From Bacteroidota bacterium (GTDB lineage: Bacteria; Bacteroidota; Bacteroidia; Bacteroidales; JAIOZK01): 64,000 nt of DNA. The DNA is taken from contig JAXHMP010000001.1 of the NCBI GenBank assembly GCA_034521425.1, positions 2,569,737 through 2,633,736 on the forward strand. Reading direction: 5' to 3'. Every line of letters starts with the position of its first letter. Position 1 is the first letter of the stretch. Below the pieces are notes generated by a model that saw nothing but the letters and a program-made list of their open reading frames with translations, made no database searches and was not told the DNA's origin. The translations under genes were made by a program, and so were the position numbers. Below, one piece after another: positions 41,087 to 50,099 of the stretch.

Positions 41087-41149
41087 CCGGAACCCGGAAT
41101 CCGTAACACCAAACACGGAACACCAAACACGGAACCAGAAACCCGGAAT
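41087..41149. repeat. Nine tandem degenerate heptamers (CCGGAAC/ACCAAAC/ACGGAAC type)
   Basis: It parses exactly with period 7: CCGGAAC CCGGAAT CCGTAAC ACCAAAC ACGGAAC ACCAAAC ACGGAAC CAGAAAC CCGGAAT. It lies between convergent genes and abuts the stop of the CysJ-like gene. Confidence 0.8.
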
Positions 41150-42771
41150 CAGTATACATCCTCCTGGAACCGCTTTTCCGCTTTCATTTTTTTGAAATAC
41201 TGCTTCGTTTCTTCCTCGGTGTAAGCACCCTCCTCCCGGATGATCTTTTTCAGGGCTTTGCGGGCATCTTTGGCCATGGTACGCTTATTTCCACAAATAT
41301 AAACACAGGCACCCTCTTCAATCCATTTGAACAGTTCATGACTGTTTTCCAGCATATCGTGATGAATGTATTTCTTTTTTTCATGATCCCTTGAAAAAAC
41401 AGTATTCAGTTTGCCAAGCAAACCCTGATCTTTAAAGCCAATGATTTCATCCCGGTAAAGAAAATCGGTCTTTTCATTCCGGTCGCCGAAAAACAGCCAG
41501 TTCATCCCGCTGGCGCCGCTCTCTTTCCTCTCCTGCAGAAAGGCACGGAATGGGGCAATTCCTGTTCCAGTACTGATCATGATGATGGGGGTTTCCGGAT
41601 TTTCGGGCAGGCGGAACTTTTCATTGGGTTCCAGGTAAACGGGCACCTTCTCACCTTCCTCCACACGGCTCAGCAGGAAAGAGGAACTCACCCCTTCGTG
41701 CTCTCGCTCATCCTGTTCATATTCAATGATGCCCACCGTAAGGTCCACTTCATCCGGGGAGATCTTCCTTGAATTGGCCACCGAATATAATCTTGCTTCA
41801 AGTTTCCGGAGCATAGAAAGAAAATCATTCACTTCCAGTTCAGCGGGAAAGTCGGAAACAAGATCGAATACATTCCGGGTTTCGGCATATTCCTCCAGTT
41901 TCTTTTTGTCGGCAACAAGTTTGTTTAACTCATCATTCCCGGCCAGTGCAGCATATTTCTCCACCACCACGGGTGTCAGAACAGTCAGTTCATAGTCTGT
42001 TACCAGAGCCTCTTTGAGCATGGATTTTCTTCCTTTGTTCTCAATCTTAAAAGTGGGGTCAAATCCCAGCTTTTGGATGATCCGGTCTACCAACAGGCGC
42101 GAATTGGTCGAATAAATGCCAAATGAGTCGCCGGGTTCAAAAGTGAAATCCGCGTTTTTCAGCGACAGTCGCAGGTGCATGGTGCGCTTGCTGGAATCTT
42201 TTGCATTCAGCATCCGTTTTTCCAGCACCCTGGCATTGTATGCATTGTTGTACTGGGAATCGTCCAGCTTCAGCTCGAAAACAAAATTTTTCTTTTGCTT
42301 TTGTTCTTTTGCCGGCAGAAGGTTCGAAAACTCATCCACCGCACTTCTCACCCAGTTCCTGGCATTTTCTTCAAAATCTATATCACACTCCCCGGTTTCA
42401 AATACTTTCCGGCCTCCCAGTTCATGCAAGCGTGTGTCGAAGTCCTTACCGGTTTTGCAAAAGTGCTTGTAGCTGCTATCGCCAAGGGCGAGCACCGAAT
42501 AATTCATATTCTTGAGGTCAAATGTGTTGTTGTGTACATATTCATAGAAATCTTCGGCCTGCACAGGCGGATCGCCTTCGCCGTGTGTACTCACGGCGAT
42601 TAGCAGATTATTCACTTTGTTGAGTTTATCGAATTCAAACTCCTGCATACTCATGCATTCGGCCCGGAGACCCAGGTGTTCGGCATATTCTTTGGCCAGT
42701 ACGGCCGCCGATTTTGAATTGCCGGTGCGACTGCCATGAAGGATATATAATGTGTTGTTCGGGTTTTGCAT
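41149..42771 (-). CDS. Diflavin flavoprotein reductase (CysJ-like: flavodoxin + FAD/NADPH ferredoxin-reductase domains)
   Basis: 540 aa. The N-terminal flavodoxin is LYILHGSRTGNSKSAA...STHGEGDPP. The C-terminal FNR-like part has RLYSVANS, GTGIAPFRAF and ...YICGN...FQEDVY. No hemoprotein (cysI) partner occurs nearby. Confidence 0.8.
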   Translation of the reverse strand: MQNPNNTLYILHGSRTGNSKSAAVLAKEYAEHLGLRAECMSMQEFEFDKLNKVNNLLIAVSTHGEGDPPVQAEDFYEYVHNNTFDLKNMNYSVLALGDSSYKHFCKTGKDFDTRLHELGGRKVFETGECDIDFEENARNWVRSAVDEFSNLLPAKEQKQKKNFVFELKLDDSQYNNAYNARVLEKRMLNAKDSSKRTMHLRLSLKNADFTFEPGDSFGIYSTNSRLLVDRIIQKLGFDPTFKIENKGRKSMLKEALVTDYELTVLTPVVVEKYAALAGNDELNKLVADKKKLEEYAETRNVFDLVSDFPAELEVNDFLSMLRKLEARLYSVANSRKISPDEVDLTVGIIEYEQDEREHEGVSSSFLLSRVEEGEKVPVYLEPNEKFRLPENPETPIIMISTGTGIAPFRAFLQERKESGASGMNWLFFGDRNEKTDFLYRDEIIGFKDQGLLGKLNTVFSRDHEKKKYIHHDMLENSHELFKWIEEGACVYICGNKRTMAKDARKALKKIIREEGAYTEEETKQYFKKMKAEKRFQEDVY

Positions 42772-42943
42772 ATTTCGGGGAAAATTTAGATTAATTCTTA
42801 TTTAGATTAAACAAAAATAAGAAAATTTATTTAAACCTTGATGTTGGAAAGGACTTCCGGGCATTAAAGACAATGTTTTTTAAGGTATATTAAGTCCTTG
42901 TGAGAAAATTAATGTAAGTTTGGGCAAATTTAAAATCAATATT

Positions 42944-43380
42944 ATGAAATATAGAATCTATACACTTCTTAGCCTGTTATTCATAGGGGCAGCACTTGTT
43001 TTCAGTGCCTGCAACAAAGACGATGATGATGACAACAACAAGCCAACACCGCTTAACTGCGATCGGACCATTGAAGGCAGTGTAACGCTGGGACAAAGTG
43101 ATTATACCATCAGCATGAAGATCACCGGAAGCGGAACATATTCCGTTAGCAAGATCGAATACAAGGATGCAGATGGTATTCTGCAAACCCTCAGCAATCC
43201 GGATCTTCCCTGGGAGAAACCTTCACACTTTCAGGTAGCAGCGGAACGGTTTATAACTATCAGCTGACCATGTACACTTCGGTTACGAATGGTAAAATTA
43301 CAGCCAATTTGGTAGGTGAAGACGAACCCAGTATACCAACAGTTCAAGGGAGTGCTCTCAATACACTGAGTAAACCTTAG
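42944..43380 (+). pseudogene. Hypothetical lipoprotein, one frameshift
   Basis: ATG 42944 (MKYRIYTLLSLLFIGAALVFSACNKDDDDDNN). The frame changes at the C3 run 43208-43210, then ...GETFTLSGSSGTVYNYQLTMYTSVTNGKITANL... runs to TAG 43378-43380. Confidence 0.5.
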
Positions 43381-43384
43381 TTCG

Positions 43385-43816
43385 CTACTTTTTCAAAAAG
43401 TTCAATGCTGTATACCCCAGGGCGGTGAGAGCGATCGACCAGATCACTGTGCCTATGGATACCCAGAACACGAACTTCTTTTTATCCTTTACCAGGATCA
43501 TGCCCAGGATCATCACAAGAGGTTGACCAAAAAAGAGGGTTCCAAAAAGGCCCAGTCCCGGACATCCGTATTTTTCAAGGATCTTGCGTCCGCGGTTCTT
43601 CTTCCTTTGTTTGCGCTTTTCAGAATAAAAGCGCATGACGAACTTTTGCAGGTTCTTACCGAAGAAGTACATAAGAAATACATTGGTAAGAGCGCCCAGG
43701 CTAGTCATCAAGGCAATAAAGAAGGGGTGTGTTTTCAACAAAAAGCCTACCGGCAGGGCTTTCCACATGCCCGTAACACCAAAAAGATAGATTATGGCAA
43801 GATCGTATATCTTCAT
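43385..43816 (-). CDS. Small multidrug-export-like membrane protein (COG2426 type)
   Basis: 143 aa with 4 TM segments and a basic central loop (SEKRKQRKKNRGRKILEKYG). The family call is from memory. Confidence 0.5.
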   Translation of the reverse strand: MKIYDLAIIYLFGVTGMWKALPVGFLLKTHPFFIALMTSLGALTNVFLMYFFGKNLQKFVMRFYSEKRKQRKKNRGRKILEKYGCPGLGLFGTLFFGQPLVMILGMILVKDKKKFVFWVSIGTVIWSIALTALGYTALNFLKK

Positions 43817-43824
43817 ATGATCAA

Positions 43825-44709
43825 TTATCCTATGGCCATATTTTCATCCCACTGTATTTTGGGAGGTTTGGCTCCTTTGTTCACACCTTCGATAAAATGC
43901 CCGCTTAGTTTACGGATGTGCTCGTGGTAGCCTCCTTCCAGCACTGCAAAAACATGTCCGAAATTTCGTCTTATCTTAAAGCCAATATTAAAAAAAAGAT
44001 TTTCTGAATAATTCAGGTTCAGCATCCGGTCTTCGTGATAACCGTCGAATCCCACGGCAACGCCAACCACATCAGGTTCAAAGCCATTGCCCCGCACCAG
44101 TACCTTATTCAGGGCCTCCATGAACTCCTTATCCCCGCAGTTCAGCATCAGGGGATAATTCAGGGTGTAGCCGGCTCCGGCCCCTTCGCCGCTTTGTTCC
44201 GGAAAGCCCGACATGGGAAAGGTATACATCTGGTGGATGGAAGCATACATCACCCGGTCGGTTTTGTAAAAGATCTCCTGTATTCCGTTGCCGTGATGCG
44301 CATCAATATCAATGATCAATACTTTCTTGCCCTGCTCAACCAGCCGTTGTGCTGCAATGGCGATGTTATTGAAAAAGCAGAACCCCTCGGAACGGTCAGG
44401 GTAGGCATGATGCCCTGGCGGCCGCACCGCTGCAAAATCTCCCTGCTCGGATGCCAGCACGCTCAGTCCGACAGCTGTCAGGGCCGCATCCCACGAATCT
44501 TTGGAAAGCCGCACTTCGGCCAGGTAATCATTCTTATTGCAAAGGTATTTGAACTTGCGGATGTAATCTTCCGTATGAATCAGCTGCAAATACTCCTCTC
44601 CGTTGGCCTCGGTATCTTCTATGTCCTGGAAATCCTTGATGCGGTAACTGCCTTCAAAAAGGCTGTCGGGATTGTGTTTCAAAAATTTTTTATTAAACAG
44701 GATCTTCAT
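43825..44709 (-). CDS. Histone deacetylase family protein (acetoin utilisation/acetylpolyamine amidohydrolase-like)
   Basis: Start ATG 44709 (MKILFNKKFLKH). Catalytic motifs are AVRPPGHHA, DIDAHHGNG and GGY. Confidence 0.85.
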   Translation of the reverse strand: MKILFNKKFLKHNPDSLFEGSYRIKDFQDIEDTEANGEEYLQLIHTEDYIRKFKYLCNKNDYLAEVRLSKDSWDAALTAVGLSVLASEQGDFAAVRPPGHHAYPDRSEGFCFFNNIAIAAQRLVEQGKKVLIIDIDAHHGNGIQEIFYKTDRVMYASIHQMYTFPMSGFPEQSGEGAGAGYTLNYPLMLNCGDKEFMEALNKVLVRGNGFEPDVVGVAVGFDGYHEDRMLNLNYSENLFFNIGFKIRRNFGHVFAVLEGGYHEHIRKLSGHFIEGVNKGAKPPKIQWDENMAIG

Positions 44710-44754
44710 GTGCAACACAAGAATTTGTACGAAATTAGAACTTTTTTCCCAAAC

Positions 44755-45171
44755 TCAGCCCAAAAGGATCATCATCATGATCATTGTGAGCGCCGAAGAG
44801 ATCAAATTGGCAAAAACAAGCACACTTTTCAGTTCGGCATCATCTCCGTACTTTTTAGCAAACACCGCCGTCATGGCAGCCGCAGGCATTCTGGCTTCCA
44901 GTACCAGCACCTGCCGCCAGGTTTCCGGAAGGTTGAACAAAAAAGATTGGCAATAAACACACCCAGGGTGAAAAGCGGGATGGCCACGCCCAATTCACTT
45001 ACGATCACGGCATCAGCCAGTGCATCCGGATTATCTGCATAGATCTGTTTGATGATGGCATAACCCAGGAAAATGATCAACATCATGGTGGCAATAGAGG
45101 TAATGGCCCTTTGCTCGAAAATCTTGAAACAGGTTTGGGCAACTAAAATAAAACCTTTTCATAAGATGAGC
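44755..45171 (-). pseudogene. AEC (auxin efflux carrier) family transporter-like remnant, C-terminal-half size, two frameshifts
   Basis: Three minus-strand frames join to MK(G)FILVAQ...ITSIATMMLIIFLGYAIIKQIY...LGVAIPLFTLGVFIANLF|FNLPETWRQVLVLEARMPAAAMTAVFAKKYGDDAELKSVLVFANLISSALT. The breaks are at the T4 run 45165-45168 and the A6 run 44948-44953. It has only ~140 codons versus ~300 for full AEC proteins. Confidence 0.45.
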
Positions 45172-45234
45172 AAGCACAGGTAGCCGGGTCATAATTCTTT
45201 GTAATTTTGGCAATCAGCATCAATACATCAAATC

Positions 45235-45969
45235 ATGACAAGATTCAAGTGGATCATCATCTTTCTTTTCCTGGGCATCACAGCCAGCGCCCAGAACCTG
45301 GATCAAATACTGAATGATCATTTTGAAACAATCGGTCAGCGTGAATTGAACAAAATGCAAAGCATGAAAGTGACCGGATATTCAAAACAAATGAATATGG
45401 AAACCCCTTTTGAGATGATTGTAAAAAGACCCAACAAGATGAGGATCGACATTGAAATGCAGGGCAGGAAGATAGAGCAGGCATACAACGGAGACTCAGC
45501 CTGGATGACCCAGCCTTTTGGGGATAAAAAGCCGGTGATGATCACCGGAACCCAGCTTGACGGCCTCAGGGTAATGGCCGATATGGACGGCCCCCTGTAT
45601 GAAGCAGAGAAAAAAGGAATTCAACTGAAACTGCAGGGAAGCGATACGGTGAAAGGCCAGCCGGCATATATGATTGAAGCAGTTTTAAGTCCCGACATGA
45701 GCATTATATATTTTATCGGCCAGGAAAATCACCTCATCATCAAAGAAAGCATCGATGTGATCATGCAGGGTCAGGAGATCAGGCAGGAAAACTATTTCAG
45801 CGATTTCAGAGAAACAAAGGGGATCATAAATGCCTGCCAACAGGAAACTTACCTCAACGGGCAGTTATTCAGGGAATCGCTTACGGAAAGTATCGAATAC
45901 AATGTGGCAGTGGATGATACTATTTTTGAAGTACCCGGAGAAAATATCGAAGCAGAATCAAAATTTTAA
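45235..45969 (+). CDS. Secreted hypothetical protein, LolA-like/outer-membrane lipoprotein-sorting-type fold suspected
   Basis: 244 aa with signal peptide ...ITASAQ. The sequence pattern resembles LolA-fold DUF proteins. Low certainty. Confidence 0.4.
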   Translation: MTRFKWIIIFLFLGITASAQNLDQILNDHFETIGQRELNKMQSMKVTGYSKQMNMETPFEMIVKRPNKMRIDIEMQGRKIEQAYNGDSAWMTQPFGDKKPVMITGTQLDGLRVMADMDGPLYEAEKKGIQLKLQGSDTVKGQPAYMIEAVLSPDMSIIYFIGQENHLIIKESIDVIMQGQEIRQENYFSDFRETKGIINACQQETYLNGQLFRESLTESIEYNVAVDDTIFEVPGENIEAESKF

Positions 45970-46003
45970 TACGGTGTTATGTGGCATAAGTCTAAATTAT
46001 TGA

Positions 46004-46071
46004 CTGTCAGGGTCACACTGAGCGGAGTCGAAGTGTGATAGTCCAGTCTTCGACTCCGCTCAGACTGACAG
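46004..46071. repeat. Palindromic REP-like element (long hairpin)
   Basis: Perfect 16-bp arms CTGAGCGGAGTCGAAG (46018-46033) and CTTCGACTCCGCTCAG (46048-46063), plus an outer stem CTGTCAG (46004-10) / CTGACAG (46065-71). Confidence 0.8.
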
Positions 46072-46196
46072 CCACTGACTTGCAAAATCAAATCACACAA
46101 CTTGTTCGTTATAATGAAATTAAATCATCTCGCAAGGAGCAACCAAAAGGAAGATAAACCGGTCAATGAAATATAGTTACACATAAAGAATTGAAA

Positions 46197-48930
46197 ATGA
46201 AAAAAACACGCGCTATTATCCACTATAGTCTCTTACCAGTCATAAGTATTGTACTGCTTGGTCTTTACCAGTTCAGCATCGACAAAGCCGACCCAAGGGA
46301 AGCTTATGAACAATTCCTGCTTGCAGAATACAAAAATGTACCGCAACTGAGCGAAGAAGAATTGAAGGAAATGGACAAACCCACCCGTCCTGACCTTGCC
46401 GCAATACAGGATTACTTTATGACCCTGGATCCTGCCCTGGGCAGAGTGCCGAATGAAAGACTGAAGGATGCCTTTCTGCAGACGCGAAGCCTGCAGCAAC
46501 ATGCCTCCCTGAAATCAACAAATTCCATAAGCTGGGAAGGTACCGGCGCCAACATGGGCGGCCGTACCCGGGCCATGATGTTCGACCCCAACGACCAGGA
46601 TGGCCTGAAACTATGGGCAGGAGGCGTTACCGGAGGTTTGTGGTACAATGAAGACATTACAGATGGAAACGCTGAATGGCTTCCGGTGGATGATTTCTGG
46701 GCCAGCCTGTCGATCAGTTGCATCACATATGATCCCAACAATACGGATATTTTTTATGTGGGAACCGGGGAGTCCCAGACAGCCTATACCACTTATCGCG
46801 AATCATCCGGAGTGGGTGTGGGCATATACCGCACCACCGATGGTGGCGAAAGCTGGGAACTCATGGAATCAACCGAAGATTTTAAATATGTCAATGATAT
46901 TGTGGTGAGGGATGAAGACGGCAGCAGTGTGATCTATGCCGGGGTGACTTCCGGTTTTTATCATGGCGTGGTCCCACCAGAGCGAGCCCACCGATGGCCT
47001 TTACCGATCTGTTGACGGGGGCGGATCCTGGGAACAGGTATTGCCCGATATCCCGGGCGAAGATGTTCCTTTTTCCGTTTCGGATATCGCCCTGGGTGCA
47101 GACGACAAACTTTATGCGGGAAGCATACAAAATGTCAACTGGCTGGGCGGAGCCACCATTCTCAGTTCTGTTACCGGCGAGCCCGGCAGCTGGGATGTGT
47201 ATGATGATATCCGGATGGAGATCGAAAACAACTCCACCTATTATCTTCCCGGCCGGGTTATGCTGATGAGCGCCCCTTCGGATGAAAACATCGTTTATGC
47301 AATTATTGGGGCAGGTTATGATGAAGGTTTTATCAAACGTTTCCATGGCCGCTACATCCTGAAAACGGAAGACAAAGGAGCCACCTGGAATGAGATCAAC
47401 AAACCCAATTCGGGCGACTGGGCAACGCTCGCATGGCATGCACTTACCGGTTCCGTAAATCCGGCTGATCCCGAACTTTTGTATGTTGGAGGCCTGGATG
47501 TTTATAACACCCAGAACGGTGGGTTTTACTGGAACCATGTTTCCGACTGGGCCCTGATGTATTACGGCGGCGGGGATGAATATGTGCATGCCGACCAGCA
47601 TGCGCAATTATACCGCCCGGGAACCACAGACGAAATGGTCTTCAGTTCCGATGGAGGCGTATTTTACACAGAGGATGCAGTTACGAATACACCTGTTTTC
47701 GAGGAAAGGAACAAGGGTTACAATACCCTGCAATTCTATTCAGGGGCCATTTCCCCATTGCCAGATGATGATCGTTTCGTCGGCGGATTGCAGGACAATG
47801 GATCCCTTTATTATACGGGCGACCCGCTGGATATCGGCGACATGGTTTCCGGGGGCGACGGAGCCTATGCCTTCTTCGATGATGACCAGCCCCTGCTGAT
47901 GATCACTTCGGTTTATTACAACAGGTTTTATGTCTTCATGGGAAACAACCAGATCAACAGCATCAACGATTATCAATGCGGCATATTTGTCAATCCCTGT
48001 GATTATGATTCCAGGGATAACACCCTTTATTCGAATGCCGTGGGTTTCACCAACAGTTATCCCAACAGTTTGATGCGCATCAAAAATGTGGACTCCTGGG
48101 AATCAGGGCAGTTTGTATACCTCGGGACCGATACCGATACCTGGTTCTCCCATGTGAAGATCTCCCCCCATGCCCCCGAAGGGATTACCAATCTTTATGT
48201 AGGTTCCAATTCGGGCCGCCTTTTCTATGTTGAAAATGTCCAAAGCAATAATCCGGCAGCCACGGAGATCACCGGGGAGGATTTTCCTCTCGGAAGCATT
48301 TCCTGTTTGGATGTTGCAGGCTCTGACGACACCCTGCTGGTGAGTTTCTCCAATTATGGGGTTTCTTCCATCTGGCAGACTTATGATGGCGGACAAAGCT
48401 GGCAGGAAAAAGAAAGCAACCTACCGGATATGCCTGTGCGCTGGCTGATGTACCATCCGCAGAATTCGCAGCAGGCCATGCTGGCTACCGAAGCCGGGAT
48501 CTATACCACCAATGAATTGCACGAAACAACTACCAACTGGTATCCTGCAGTGGACGGCCTGGCCAATGTCAGGATCGACATGCTCGACCTGAGGGAAGCG
48601 GATAATACGGTACTGGCAGCTACGCATGGCCGGGGACTTTACACTGCCAACTGGCCGCTGGATCCTTTTACGGATATTGATGATGTGACAGCTTCCGAAA
48701 TCAATTTTAAAGTTTATCCAAACCCCAGCCAGGGCATGCTATCTGTCGAGTTACCGGGGCAAAACGGCACGCTGCAATTGTTCAATATGCAGGGAAAACT
48801 GCTCAAAGAATGGAAGACCATGGAAAAGGAAAGCATGGAGCTGAACCTTACGGATCAGGCCAGAGGTGAATACTTCCTGCGTCTGACTCATTCCGGGAAA
48901 ACGACTGCGGAAAAAGTTATTCTTAGATAA
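46197..48930 (+). pseudogene. T9SS-secreted BNR/sortilin-type beta-propeller protein (type-A CTD), one frameshift
   Basis: Signal-anchor start (ATG 46197). BNR-like S.DGG.SW motifs occur (TTDGGESWE, SVDGGGSWEQV, TEDKGATWNE, TYDGGQSWQE). The C-terminus FKVYPNPSQGMLSVELPG...GEYFLRLTHSGKTTAEKVILR is a type-A T9SS CTD. ORFs 46191-47015 and 46963-48930 join at the T5 run 46955-46959. Confidence 0.75.
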
Positions 48931-49002
48931 ATTGGGCAATCATTGAACACTCCTTCTTTCATTTTCCCAGACTCCTTGTCCCTCTTTCTCCCTTTCTCCA
49001 TG

Positions 49003-49124
49003 TCGCCTCCATCGCCCATTCGCCTTTGTCGCCCATTCGCCTTTGTCGCCTTTGTCGCCCATTCGCCTTTGTCGCCCTCGTCGCCCATTCGCCTTTGTCG
49101 CCTTTGTCGCCCATTCGCCCTCAT
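49003..49124. repeat. Tandem 8/9-nt TCGCC-type repeat tract (about 14 units; higher-order 17- and 26-nt periodicity)
   Basis: It reads as TCGCCTCCA TCGCCCAT TCGCCTTTG TCGCCCAT TCGCCTTTG TCGCCTTTG TCGCCCAT TCGCCTTTG TCGCCCTCG TCGCCCAT TCGCCTTTG TCGCCTTTG TCGCCCAT TCGCCCTCA. It lies between the BNR gene stop and the tadA start. Confidence 0.85.
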
Positions 49125-49162
49125 CTTCCCTCAATTCCCTATCTTTACAAAAAATTCAATCC

Positions 49163-49609
49163 ATGCAAAAACCCCTGACACATGAATTCTTCATGGAACA
49201 GGCCCTGAAAGAGGCACAGAAAGCCTTTGAGCAGGACGAGGTTCCCATCGGTGCGGTGATCACCATCAACGACATGGTGATAGCCCGGGCATATAATTAT
49301 ACCGAGCATCTGACTGATGTGACCGCCCATGCCGAGATGCAGGCCTTTACGGCTGCGGCCAACTATCTGGGTTCAAAATACCTACAGGAATGCACGCTTT
49401 ATGTGACCATCGAACCCTGTGTGATGTGCGCTGGCGCGTCCTGTTGGACACAGATCGGGCGCATTGTATACGGGGCCAAAGATGAGAAGAAAGGTTTTTC
49501 ATTGATAAATGATCCTGTCCTGCATCCGAAAACAAAAGTTATCAACGGTGTCATGGAAAAGGAATGCAAAGCTTTGATACAGGAGTTTTTCAGGCGGAAG
49601 AGAACCTAA
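49163..49609 (+). CDS. tadA: tRNA adenosine(34) deaminase
   Basis: The true start is ATG 49163 (MQKPLTHEFFMEQALKEAQKA...EVPIGAVI). Zinc motifs HAEM and PCVMCAGA are present. The upstream part of track ORF 49043 is translated repeat. Confidence 0.9.
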   Translation: MQKPLTHEFFMEQALKEAQKAFEQDEVPIGAVITINDMVIARAYNYTEHLTDVTAHAEMQAFTAAANYLGSKYLQECTLYVTIEPCVMCAGASCWTQIGRIVYGAKDEKKGFSLINDPVLHPKTKVINGVMEKECKALIQEFFRRKRT

Positions 49610-50009
49610 TTGATTTTCGATTGTCGATGGTCGATTTTCGATTTTCGATTTTTTCGGGCCGACATACTGTTTTTTGGAATATGGCAACCAGCTGATTGGA
49701 TTCATCCGGAAGATGTGCCATTAACTTTTTGTCAGCCTTTAATTTTGATTTCGAAATTATCGTATTATTTATATGCGTTTCTCTCAGTTCTTTGAGAACA
49801 AGGCTTACTTTATGGATAAAATCATTCCTGGATTCCGCTCCCTGTGCCTCACCATAATTCAGTGCCGCACTTGTGGATGACCTGATGATCTGGTTGGCCA
49901 TGTGTTTGTCAACAAACTCATTTCCCATTGACTTGCTTAGATTAATCACTTCAACCGAAAAGTCAATTAAGCGGTTTTCAATTTCTTTTCTCATTGGACG
50001 TTTATTCAC
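49590..50009 (-). CDS. Four-helix-bundle protein, copy 1 (TIGR02436 / 23S rRNA-intervening-sequence protein / Avd-like family)
   Basis: The core is MRKEIENRLIDFSVEVINLSKSM...QIIRSSTSAALNYGEAQGAESRNDFIHKVSLVLKELRETH..., which matches the family motif (...aNi.EG.g..s..DF......KE..ET). ATG 49994 is more likely than GTG 50009. The C-terminal tail (...EKIENRKSTIDNRKS...) is translated heptamer repeat and overlaps the tadA 3' end by 20 nt. Confidence 0.8.
   Translation of the reverse strand: MNKRPMRKEIENRLIDFSVEVINLSKSMGNEFVDKHMANQIIRSSTSAALNYGEAQGAESRNDFIHKVSLVLKELRETHINNTIISKSKLKADKKLMAHLPDESNQLVAIFQKTVCRPEKIENRKSTIDNRKSIRFSSA
49612..49653. repeat. Heptamer array, low-coordinate arm of 4HB cassette 1
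   Basis: GATTTTC GATTGTC GATGGTC GATTTTC GATTTTC GATTTTT. Confidence 0.85.
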
Positions 50010-50064
50010 TCAATACCTTTCAAGCGCAAAACGTCCCGTCTTGCATCCCATTTTTTACCAAATC

Positions 50065-50099
50065 GAAAATCGACCATCGAAAATCGGCAATCGAAAATC
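50065..50099. repeat. Heptamer array, high-coordinate arm of 4HB cassette 1 (reverse complement of the 49612-49653 type)
   Basis: GAAAATC GACCATC GAAAATC GGCAATC GAAAATC. It ends one base before the stop codon (50100-50102) of the large gene. Confidence 0.85.

Noticed and set aside
49003-49124. CRISPR array at the TCGCC tract or at the heptamer arrays.
   Set aside because: The units are 7-9 nt with no unique spacers between them, and there are no cas genes in the window.
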